A stretch of DNA of 64,000 bases, taken from contig VJWM01000325.1 in assembly GCA_010909165.1 (NCBI GenBank), positions 1-64,000 on the forward strand. Direction: 5' to 3'. The notes beneath the pieces are model-generated. The model was not told the DNA's origin, made no database searches, and was given only the letters and a program-made list of their open reading frames with translations. The position numbers were made by a program, and so were the translations under genes. This DNA is from Anthoceros angustus (Eukaryota > Plantae > Anthocerotophyta). Positions within the stretch are counted from its first letter, which is position 1. Every line of letters starts with the position of its first letter. Below, one piece after another: positions 24,590 through 36,300 of the stretch.

Positions 24590-26200
24590 ACAAGGGTATA
24601 AGATACTCTTACAATTATATATCTCCAATAAAGCTTAAAGCAAATGCACTAAGATTACTTCTAGAGATTTTGTTTCTATTGTATTGGGCAAGTTGTATTT
24701 ATAATAAAACTCAGTCTAGAAGGAAATAAAGGATAAATAGGCTAAGGACACTAGTTTTCAGTTATCAAGATCTAGGTATTTAGTCATTGTTTTTATTTCA
24801 TGCAGAATATTTTAAATAGCTATAATCTCGATAAAATCCTACATCTTTTGGTTCACTTAACCGTGCGCAGATGTGATGCTACGGCTCGCTGTCTTGGACC
24901 TAGGTTGTGCGGATGGCGGCTCCGAAATAGGCGTGGTATCGTGGAAGGAGCTTCCGTGGGTGATGTTGCAGCTGTCTTGAACCCATGTTGTGCGAATGGC
25001 AGCTCCGAAATGGGTGCGGTATTGTGGGAGGAGCTTCCTAGTCACATATTGGGTAAAGAGCTCCGGAATGGGCGTGGTATCGTGGGAGGCGCTTCCTGGT
25101 CACGTATTGGATAAAATGCTGTCGAATGGCCATGGTATCGTGGGAGGAGCTTCCTGGTCACGTATTGGGTAAAGTGTTGTTGAGTGGGCGTGGTATTGTG
25201 GGAGGAGCTTCCCGGTCACGTTTTGGGTGAAGTGTTGTCGAAGCTCCTGGTCAGATATTGAGTAAAGTGCTGACGTTTATGCCGTAAAGAGCTCCGAAAT
25301 GGGCGTGGTATTATGGGAGGAGCTTCTTGGTCACGTATTGGGTAAAGTGCTGTCGAATGGGCGTGGTATCGTGGGAGGAGCTTTCTGGTCACATATTGGG
25401 TGAAGGGTTGTTGAAGCTCTTGGTCACGTATTGGGTGAAGGGTTGTTGAAGCTCTTGGTCACGTATTGGGTGAAGTGTTGTTGAAGCTCTTGGTCATGTA
25501 TTGGGTGAAGAGTTGTTGAAGCTCTTGGTCACGTATTGGGTAAAGTGTTGTCCTTTATGCCGCTAGCAATTGCGTTGGGCAAAGTGTTGTCGTTTATGCT
25601 GAAGGATCGTGTGGCAGCCCATGATGGTGGAAAGAGGAGAGGAGAGGAGGAGGCAAGAGTAGCTCTCTAACATTGAGATGTGGCTCCCTAGGAAGCTCCA
25701 CAAGAAGCCCCTAGGAAGGAGCACAAGAAGCTTCCTAGTGATTAGCTTCAGCTAAACTAATGATACTTAACTGACACCTAACTTAGACTAAGTGTATTAG
25801 TCTAAGTACATTGAGCTTTAATACCCTTACAACCTCCCACTTAAAGGCCAATTTACCGTAGAAGAATGGGCTACCTCATGCCCATCGATGTCCCAGAAAC
25901 TTGTGCAAATTGGTCGGTAGACAATCCCTTGGTAAGAAACACGATAATATTCATCGTCGAATAAGCGAGGCGGCTTTTCAATGAATAAAGCGGTAAGGCG
26001 GGAACATGGGAGCAAACGCTGATCACGCCATTTTCCACAAAAATGCTTCAAAATTACGGTTGCTTTGTGTGCGAGAAGCCGGGATAATGTCATGACATAG
26101 GCTGGAAAAGGATATACAACCTCGATGGGCACACATTTGCCTTGAAATAATGCCCATACATGACATTACATTGGTGGCGTGAAGAGGGCACGAGAGAGGC
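24590..26200 (-). mobile_element. Truncated Ty1/copia element: degenerate RNase H end, polypurine tract and 3' LTR
   Basis: The minus strand reads ...FLTKGLSTDQF... then taagtgggagg (PPT, ~25832-25843), immediately followed by TGTAAGGGTAT (LTR start at 25831). The far LTR boundary near 24.6 kb is uncertain. Confidence 0.65.
24920..25560. repeat. Tandem repeats inside the LTR: ~58-bp units then ~35-bp units
   Basis: About 6 copies of gggcgtggtatcgtgggaggagcttcctggtcacgtattgggtaaag and about 5 copies of gaagctcttggtcacgtattgggtgaagtgttgtt. Confidence 0.9.
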
Positions 26201-26439
26201 CTCTTGCTATTCATTCGATCGTAAAGGGTATATGATTTTGGAAAAACCGTTTTAATGAGGGAGTAATAACTATTGGAGATGACAATGAAAATTCAACATG
26301 CAGTGCAAGTCCTGTTTCCATCTTCCAATCAAGACATGCAATTGCGTTTCCATGCCTTTGGTGTGTGTTTTGTACTGTCGAGTCTCACACTTCATGGATG
26401 GGTGCTATCAAAGAAAAACAATCGGCAAGGGAACAAAAG

Positions 26440-27240
26440 TCTCCAAGAGTGAGGAGATTGACTTACCTTAGAGAGAACTTTTGGACGCATGGACTCGAGA
26501 AATTCCGCCTTGACAAACATCGAAACATATGGATATTGAATGCGGGAGGTATTGTCAATGGGCGCGGCATGCAGCGCCTCCATATATATCTTCTGACGGT
26601 AGAAACAAGTGACTTACCTTGGGAGAACTCGTGGGCGCATGGTCCCGCGAAATGCCGTCCCTTCTGACAAACGTTGTAACATATGCGGAGTGAGCGTGTG
26701 GGCGGTGTAAGCATGCAGCGCCTCCACTATCTATATTTTCTACAACGGTACAAACAAGTGACTTACCTTGGAAAGAACCAAGGGACACATGGACCCGCGA
26801 AATTACGTCCCATCTGACAAACGTTGAAACATATGAGGAGCGAACTGTGCGGGCTAGGGTATTGTCAGTGGAGGCCCCGGCATGCCGTGCCTCCACTATC
26901 TATATTTTCTACAACGGTAGAAACAAGTGACTTACCTTGCACAGAACTCGTGGGCATGGCCCCGAAATGCCATCCCTTCCGTTTTAAACACATGAGGAGT
27001 GAATGCAAGCTAGGGTATTGTCGGTGGGCGCCGGCATGCCGGCGCCTCCACTATCTATATTTTCTACAACGGTAGAAACAAGTGACTAACCTTGGGCGAA
27101 CTAGGGAACACATGGACCCATGCCATCCCATGTGACAAATGTTCAAACATATTAGGAGTGAATGCAAGCTAGGTATTGTCAATGATGGCGCCAGATGCCT
27201 CCACGGTATTTTGGAAGACAAGCGGTAGACCACGTAAAAG
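26440..27240. repeat. Five ~150-170-bp tandem repeats downstream of transposase 1 (putative subterminal array)
   Basis: The anchor (aaacaa)gtgacttaccttg recurs at ~26460, 26605, 26755, 26925 and 27077. Units include gcgcctccactatctatattttctacaacggt. Confidence 0.85.
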
Positions 27241-27387
27241 CATGGACCCGGTAAACGCCTTCATTACATAGCGACGTAAAAACGTGCGACCAGTGTTCAG
27301 CCAACCTATCTAGTAACTGTCGGCCGAGTATGAAACTCGGAAGCCAACATACGCTCACTCTATCGTGAAAACAAAACCCTAAAATCT

Positions 27388-30300
27388 CTAGTCTTCGGGA
27401 CACTGAATTCCTTCGTCAACCAAAGGACATCCATCATCCACTTCATGGTCACTGTCCTCCTCTCCAGGCTGCAGATAAGGTCGCAGCTGATTCATTCTAT
27501 CTCGAATAGCCTTCTTGTCGGAAGCGTAAAGGTGCTTTCTTGCATTGAGGTTGAACCCATAATAGAGAATAATAGTCTTATTCACAAATAGTTTCTGAAT
27601 TTTTTTGGGTAAATTTCTCGTTCCCACTCTCTTCCCATTTCGCGATCGTCGATTATCTGGTCCTCTAACAAAGAACTCCTTAACGTATTTCCCTTCAAAA
27701 GCATCAGTGTGCTCAGTCCTATACCAGTGGACCATAAGAAATGGGTTCGCGCAATCGAAGTCTACGCTTTCCACCTTCCCAATCCAGAAAGCCCTGTTAT
27801 GTGTATCTCCTGAGCATGGAGTTGCAATGAACATGCCCTTCCTTATCTCTTTCACATCTCCATTCATCCTTTCTATTTCTTGTTGTTGTCGACTTGCATT
27901 CTGGTGAGCTCCCAAATACATATCCCTTTGAGGAACTTCTCTTAGTAATGCTTCATCAAGCACAACCTCCTCCGGCACTTGAAGTGGCGGCATGTGCCTC
28001 CACCTCTTCTGTTGTACCACCTCCACGGTTGTTTAAGCACTAGAGCAATATTGTTCTCCACAATAGTGGCAATTCCTTCCTGGTCGACCCAAAACAACCT
28101 CCACCACACCCTCTCCGATGGCGTGATATACGCCAAGTTCAAGAAGCCATGCTTCAAGTGCGCCACACACGTTGGTGAAAGACCTCCATCTTGACCCTTT
28201 TTGTCTCTCGCCGGCATGAGGGGAGTGGGGCGACGGTGGTTGATGGAACAAATTTCAAAATTCCAACCCATCTTGATTCCCATTGAGGGATGTTGAGTCG
28301 CTTACTTGAATGGCCGTAACTTGACCTCGGTCCCGCCTCCTCTCTCGTGATTTTAAATTGATGTTGGAAGGAAAGATTATTCAACCGGTTCATCGCCGCC
28401 TTGTATGCATATCCTCTCGTCCCTTCTTAATGGGCCATACATAAGACCGAAAATCGCCACCTCTGTATTACTTTAACTTTGCGTTGGGGTGAAAGCTCAA
28501 AATCTCCAAAGTGTATCAATAGTAAACGCTTCTTTGTGCCTAAGAAGCTTGAAACAAGAAAACATTTGATCAACGATCATGGGTATGACCAACCAATAGG
28601 AACCCAACCTTTATTTTAACGAACACAAGGTCGATGAGCATATTTAGGTACGCGAATAGTAGCTGGTTCTTGTTCTCGGCAAGTATTATCAAGTCGAGGT
28701 AAAGAACTTTAGGAAGCACCCTTCGTAAGAAAATATGACATCCTGAATTATATGGATAGTGAGATTGGCGTCGTGATTAGCGTAGTGTAAATATGCCCGC
28801 CTTGAAAGTGTAATTATGTATCATACATCCCACCACATGAACATTAATAAGTGATGCCTCGCCAACTCTTTGGGATAACGGAGGAAATGAGGGAGCTCTG
28901 TCTTCTTCGTCCATGCCATCGATAGCAATGCATATACTTGTGGGGCTGACTATAACTTTTGGACCGATGTTTTCTTTGCTTTGTCTCTCTCATTGCTTAG
29001 TCGCACCACTGTGATGCCAAAGCTCCTTCGTAAACCTCTGCAAAAATGGAGACACAGTATTATATCGAGATGATTGTTGCACAACCTGTAACATGAACAT
29101 GGGTGCGTTAATCTCGCTGAGGCGCGGCATGCTTGCCCCCCGGACCGACATGCGGAAAAGCTTTGGGGGCACCCCTCCGGCGCCCTGAGGCGCTGAGGGG
29201 GCCGCGCCTGCGTGCATGTCTTGAAGGGTCTGGGCCCCGACAATGGAAGCACTCTTCCGCCTAGTGCAACCTATGTGAGTCTTGCACATTGGTATCTACA
29301 TTGCCACACCTCTGCGACAAGCGAGGCGCAAACGCGGTGGCCCACCTTTTAAGAAGCCACATATGCATATACACTCCGCAGACATGTAAGCAGGCGATCA
29401 TGCATCCTTCCGCAAAAATGGTTCTTAGAAACTATGCACATCCCAGCAGGATATGAAGAACAAACCTTGGTCTGCTCTGCCGGAAGTGTTCCGGATGGTG
29501 CGCTTCAGTCCTTCACATAAAGAGCAAGTGGAAAACCTATTAGACTTTGGAATCCTAACCTTCGGGAAGTTGGTCCTCCAGAGGGTCAGAAAATAGGGAT
29601 ACGACACGAACTGCATACTAGACCGTGTCATATCCCGGCGATACTGGGCCCAGATCTCCAACTTTGAGAACGTGTCCGGCAGGTGGAACACATCAACGTT
29701 TGGCAGCCTTTCCGCCATCACTTGAAAACTGTTATCCATCCAGGCAACGGCTCCCAGACTGTGTGTAGATGGTTGTCGCGGATTCACTCTTGACCCATCC
29801 CACGGTGCATTGCATAACACCCTGCTCTTCAACTCCTCGTACCTCTCTGAGCCGATGCAGTATACTCTTCGAAAAGCTTGCAAACAACACCGAATGCGCG
29901 TCGCCCCCATTATATGCGTGATGACCTTGTCCTTTCTGGTGGCCTGTAAGTCCACGACCAGGAGGGACTGAAGAAATGTCTCTTGCTCTGCCCTCCCCAT
30001 TCGCAGAAAACGATAACGTTGCTCATGGAAATTGGCCTTAGACATTGACTGGACGCATTGCTTGTTGCAGCATGGCTTCCGGAAGTCCGCTGTGACGATG
30101 TCGGAGTCGCTCTTCGACAAAGGAACTCCACTTGCCCGCCTTCTCTGAACCACGGATTGCATGTCCCGTGGCGCCACAAATGTTTCGCTCAGTGGTTTGG
30201 GGTGGAATGACCGTGCGTCAGGGCGGTCGCCTTCCTCTGTCTCACTAAAAGGTGCATCAGCACGAGGGATTTCCGAGAACACCCTCCTTTCCTCAATTGG

Positions 30301-30722
30301 AAACAAACCCCGGCGACGCACTGGTGCGTGGGAACTATTCGCTTCTTCATGGCGCCGGTGGCCACTAGGACTCCGCTCCACAGCTGAATACAAATTGATG
30401 TTCCTTGGTGTACGAGGAACACCCCGAGGAATCCTTGGTGAGGTCTGGACCCGCCCCCTCCAACCTTCACCTGCAAACGCGCCAGCATTTGGTGACACAG
30501 TCAGGGGGAACCTAGCCTCTTCTGGTCAGCTGTTGGCATGCACGTGAGGACAGAACTACACGCAGAATTAACACACTGACCATCTACTACCCACAAGCCA
30601 TTTGGAGACTGCGGTGTGTTGTGCGGCATCATCGGGACAGGAGGATCGGACGCATTCAATCTTGCATTGCGTTTCCTTTTTCTTGCAGCGTCCAGCTCTC
30701 GGTTGAACTGCGATGACAGCAA
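27388..30722 (-). mobile_element. Transposase 1: Sola-like / DUF7869-type DDD transposase gene with introns, frameshifted in this assembly
   Basis: KPCCNKQC...RYRFLRM; WMDNSFQVMAERLP...FHLPD; FPKVRIPKSNRFSTCSLC. Catalytic motifs: AIDGMD (~28908-28925), LPKVLYL.LDN..ENKN (~28660-28720), GFLLVGHTHD.VDQMF (~28561-28610). C-terminal ORF at 27388-28026. Confidence 0.85.
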
Positions 30723-30929
30723 GTCCTCCCTTCCTGCAACATGAAAACGCGAAGTTTAGCTGGGAGAAGAACATCAAGGGAACATTATTGCATGGAGTGC
30801 ATTGGATACAACAAAGATCGCTCACTTCACTGTCCATGCGGTGAGTCTCTGTAACATTTCAGGGCGATGCCACTTCACCCACGACACAAACGAAAGTGTG
30901 TTCTCCTGCAGGAAAAGGGAAATATAACG

Positions 30930-33190
30930 TCCAAGCCACCAACTTCAACGTCACCCAACGCACCTGAGAAAGGCGCTGGCTGCGCCGCTCAATGCACAAG
31001 TTCTAGACCTATAACGGCAAACAATCATTGCACGCCATCGTAATGGCGCCGCCTCCAGCCGCCAAAACGACACCACCATTAAGAGGTGTAGTTAGGACAT
31101 TATCCTAAAATGGAATTTATGTATTATGTACGTTCGCGAATCCATGGAGGTTACGGCTGAGAATCGGGCAAATGAAGGGGAACCCTAACTTCTTGTCCGG
31201 GCGTATAAGGTCTTTTCCCCACTGTCACGACGAAGCGGGCTTTACGTCCCCTTCAACTTTGTATGCGTGCGGACTCCTGCGGCGGGAGAAGAGGGAGTGA
31301 TTCAACGCTTGCGGTGGATGCGCGTAGGGCCTTTGAGGATCATCCCCACGCAAGGAAGGAGGTGTTCTTCTCCCCAATTCGTTGCTTTCCTCCTCGCAAA
31401 GTGAGAACTCTAATACGTATGCTTTCAGCTGGTTGATGCGCATCCGCGTTCCTTGTGGCAGGAAATCATGGCATCGGGGAGGGCTCTCCGAAGCAAGAAG
31501 AACCTAGCGGCGCCTACGCTTGAACCACCTTCTGAGATTGTGCGGAAGAAGAAGGCGACTCGAGGCGGACGGAGGAAGTCGCGGATGGCGCGTGCCGCCC
31601 ACAAGGACCGGTGGCCCAGGCCGCAGCATCGCTAGGCGATAAGGATGTGGGTGGGGCGGCGAAGAAATCGAGCTCGGAATTCAGCAAAAGCCGGCAACAC
31701 GGGGAGGCGGGCCACGAAAGACAAGGAGGCTTGAAGGGGAAGAAAGCAACCCGATCCTGTGCCTTCGCCATACAACTTGGAAGAAACTATGCTCATCGGG
31801 CGCGACTAACTCAATCGATGCGATTAATTGTCTAGGGAAGGAGTGGTTTTGCAGGCGGGCGGATGATGACCATATGGACAACAGGCATGGGTTCTGAGGT
31901 TTGGACCAGCTAAGCCAAATCAGCGAGCAAGAGTTGGCTGGGTTGTATGGGCAAGTCTGGATTTGTCATAGCGGAACCGAATTCGAGATCCTCCTTACAA
32001 CAAAGCCACCAACTTCAACGTCGCACGAGAAAGGCGCCCTCAATGCACAAGTTCTAGACCTATAACGGCAAACAATCATTGCACGCCATCGTAATGGCGC
32101 CGCCTCCGCCAAAAGCGACACCACCATTAAGAGGTGTAGTTAGGACATTGTCCTAAAATGGAATTTATGCATTATGTACGTTCGCGAATCCATGGAGGTT
32201 ACGGTGAGAATCGGGCAAATGAAGGGAACCCTAACTTTTGTCCGGGCGTATAAGGTCTTTTCCCCACACTCCACGAGCCGGCTTCGTCCCCTTCAACTTT
32301 TGTATGCGGCGGACTCCTGCGGGCGAGAAGAGGGAGTGATTCAACGCTTGCGGTGGATGCGCGTAGGGCCTTTGAGGATCATCCCCACGCAAGGAGGTGT
32401 TCTTCTCCCCAATCGTTGCTTTCCACCTCAAAGTGAGAACTCTAATCGTATGCTTTCGGTGGTTGATGCGTCCGCGTTCCTTGTGGCGAAATCATGGCAT
32501 CGGGAGGGCTCTCGAGCAAGAAGGACCTAGCGGCGCCTGCTTGAACCACCTTGATTGTGCGGAAGAAAGCAGAAGAAGGCGACTCGAGGCAGGCGACGGA
32601 GGAAGTCGCGGATATGGCGGCTGTCGCGACAAGGACGGTGGCGGCCAGGCGCTGCGGCAACCAGCATCGCTGGAGGCGTGCGGATGTGGGTGGGCGGCGA
32701 AGAAATCGAGCTCGGAATTCAGCAAAAGCCGGCAACACGGGGAGGCGGGCGGGCCACGAAAGACAAGGAGGCTTGAAGGGGAAGAAGAAAGCAACCCGAT
32801 CCTGTGCCTTCGCCATACAACTTGGAAGAAACTATGCTCATCGGGCGCGACTAACTCAATCGATGCGATTAATTGTCTAGGGAAGGAGTGGTTTTGCAGC
32901 GGAGGGTGGATGATCTTGACCATATGGACACATCAATGTGGGTTCTGAGGTTTGGACCAGCTAAGCCAAATCAGCGAGCAAGAGTTGGCTGGGTTGTATG
33001 GGCAAGTCTGGATTTGTCATAGCGGAACCGAATTCGAGATCCTGCTTACAAAAAAGCCACACCAACTGGATGAAATTCGCCCGGTGCGGAGGAGTTCAAG
33101 GTTATCACCGTGGGCCTTGGGATGTTCAAGCTTAAGAAGTGTTCCCGGATGTCGACAAGCGCCTTGAGAGGCTAAGCAGAATCAACACGT
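30930..33190 (+). CDS. Unknown ORF3-A (TKKPH-motif protein) within a 2x ~1.07-kb tandem duplication
   Basis: Units start at ~30932 and ~32003. Frameshifted translation ...GWMILTIW...GLDQLSQISEQELAGLYGQVWICHSGTEFEILLTKKPHQLDE, then a gtatgg donor at ~33190. Confidence 0.45.
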
Positions 33191-33351
33191 ATGGACGGGT
33201 TGGCTAACATTGTGTTGTGCTTTAACTGCTTTTCATTTCGCTTGTAGATGTAGCGTGAGTTGGCTTATGGGTTTTGTGTGTCAGCAGTGGGAGGGCTTTC
33301 TATAAGCAAGCTGTGCTTTTGTCACGATCTATCGTGGACCACCGGAGAGAA

Positions 33352-36300
33352 ATGAGCATGCGGCGAACAGGCAGCCCTCCCAAAATCACGAGAGGACCTC
33401 TCAGGCAGCTCAGAGGAAGAGGAGCTGGGCCCCGAAGATGAGCATGATGGACCATTGCCCGACATCCTTGGACAATCCGACGAAGATGATGGAAGAAGCG
33501 GGGATGACTTGGAAACCGAGGTTAGAGATGCAGATTAATAATGGATTATGACATGCCTCCTGACTCTATGCTTGTGCCCACAGTCCCTTATAACCCGCCA
33601 GCCACAGGCGGGCGCCGGCATGCCGGCGCCCCGACTCCATTCCAGGGTGTGGAGTCCCTGCCAACCCCTCAGCCAGGCATGTGTATGGATGTGGCAGGAG
33701 CAAGGGAAGAGGAGGGGCGCCGGCATGCCGGCGCCCCTACTACGTTGCAGGGTGTGGAGTCCCTCCCAACCCCCCATGCAGGCATGTTTATGGATGTGGC
33801 AGGAGCAAGGAAGGGGCGCGGCATGCGCGCCCTCCTCCTCCTCCAGCGCCACCCTTCTACTATACCGGTGCTATGAGCTATCGACCCGGCCGTTGGATTG
33901 TCGGGAGGGCTGGAGGAAAGGCAAGCAGCGCACCGAGGCAGCCCAACACGACACCCAAGTCCGGATCTGGTAATTTGTTGGCGAACGAGCTAGTCATTTC
34001 CGATACAAGGCGGGATGCGGAAAGAGGAAGCAGTCTTGATGCAAGAGGATCGGCGAGCGAGAGTTTGGAGCCGAACATGGTAAAATACGGAAGAAAGCAA
34101 AGACTACAGAACTATGTCACAGAGGAGACATTCCAGTGCACCTTTCAGCGGATGAAGAGAGGTTGGAATCTTCCTTCCACGAGGAGGACTACCTCACCCG
34201 AATTCGAGATGCAGCATGCGAAGAAGGTGGTCCGAGGTGTCTTTGGTAAGAGAATCTGGCTGCCTCTTATCTAACCCCGGATCGCAGATTCGGCGTGTGG
34301 ATGAAGCGTGGACTAATTATCTGGCTCGCGTGATTGGAAAGGGCCGAGTTGAGGAGGGCGTATTGCCCCTTTTGTGCATGATTGATCCCAAGGAGTGTGA
34401 TGATCTAGAGGACTGGACTGGAAAAAATTCAGGGCAAAGAAATACATCATGGGTGTGTTAGGCGGGAACCACACATTTGCGGCAATGCAACATTTGGCGG
34501 ACATATCACCAGTGAAAGAGCGTTTCAAATGGATAGAGGCACATGTGTATTGTGGGTGACCACGAAATGAGGGTTTTGGCGGATCACAATACAATGTCGA
34601 CAAGCGGCGGAAGATGTCGTTCATAGAGCAAGTAAGATATCTCGAGATGAAGCTTATAGCCAAGCGGGATGGCGTGCATATGTCCATGAATTGGAAGTTC
34701 AACTGTATAAGGTATTGGGTCTTATCGAAGATGATGAAGGACGGGAAGATGATGCCTACAAAGCAGAACAAGGTTGACAGGGGCACATCTTGTGCATAGC
34801 GAAGTTGGAAGGAAGGGTATGGGAGAATGTGGACAAAATTTTTGCAAAGTGGGAGGCTTGTGACTTGCGGAAATAAGAAACATGTGGCGATTGAGCAAAA
34901 GAGCAAAGGCAAGCGGAAAGCGGCGGAAGAAACGAAACAAGTTGAGGTATATTGGTGAAGCCCAAGGAGATGCAGACAAAGCCATGGCGTTGCTTTCAAG
35001 GTATTCTGCGGGGAGGCGCGGCAAATGCTTATTAGTGCCAGAAAGTTCTCACCGGCCTTATGGATTTGAAGGAATGTCGGATGAAATTATATTGCGCAAG
35101 AAATTGCATATCATCCAAGTGGCCATGGCGAAGCACTTAGGATGTTCATCTTTTGAGATGGTGAGGCAAGAGTACCCACAACATTCCACCGAAGTAGTCG
35201 CGAGTTCAGGCTTTCGAGGAAAGGTATGTTATCATACTCTCTGTTTCTTAGAACTTTATAGTGCAGGCGGGAGGAGGAGGGAGGCGCGGCATGCGCCCTC
35301 CTCCTCCTCCTCCTGTGCAGGCGCCCGGCATGCGCCCGGCATGCGCCCGGCATGCGGCGCTGAGGGGTGGCGCGGCATGCGCCCTCCTCCTCCTGTGCAG
35401 GCGGGAGGAGGAGGGCGCATCTGCGGCTGCCTCTTATCTAACCCCGGATCGCGATTCGGCGTGTGGATGAAGCGTGGACTAATTATCGCGTGATTGGAAA
35501 GGGCCGAGTTGAGGAGGCGTATTGCCCCTTTGTGCATGATTGATCCCAAGGAGTGTGATGATCTAGAGGACTGGTGGAAAAATTCAGGCAAAGAAATACA
35601 TCATGGGTGTGTTAGGCGGGAACCACACATTTGCGGCAATGCAACATTTGGCGGACATATCACCATGAAAGAGCGTTTCAAATGGATAGAGGCACATGTG
35701 TATTGTGGTGACCACGAAATGAGGGTTTTGGCGGATCACAATACAATGTCGACAAGCGGCGGAAGATGTCGTTCATAGAGCAAGTAAGATATCTCGAGAT
35801 GAAGCTTATAGCCAAGCGGGATGGCGTGCATATGTCCATGAATTGGAAGTTCAACTGTATAAGGTATTGGGTCTTATCGAAGATGATGAAGGACGGGAAG
35901 ATGATGCCTACAAAGCAGAACAAGGTTGACAACAGACATCTTGTGCATAGCGAAGTTGGAAGGAAGGGTATGGGAGAATGTGGACAAAATTTTTGCAAAG
36001 TGGGAGGCTTGTGACTTGCGGAAGAAACATGTGGCGGGGAGCAAAAGAGCAAAGGCAAGCGGAAAGCGTGGAAGAAACGAAACAAGTTGAGGTATATTGG
36101 TGAAGCCCAAGGAGATGCAGACAAAGCCATGGCGTTGCTTTCAAGGTATTCTGCGGGGAGGCGGGCAGCAAATGCTTATTAGTGCCAGAAAGTTCTCACC
36201 GGCCTTATGGATTTGAAGGAATGTCGGATGAAATTATATTGCGCAAGAAATTGCATATCATCCAAGTGGCCATGGCGAAGCACTTAGGATGTTCATCTTT

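Noticed and set aside
24920-27240. CRISPR-like appearance of the regularly spaced repeats
   Set aside because: The units are tandem with homologous rather than unique spacers, the context is eukaryotic, and there are no cas genes.
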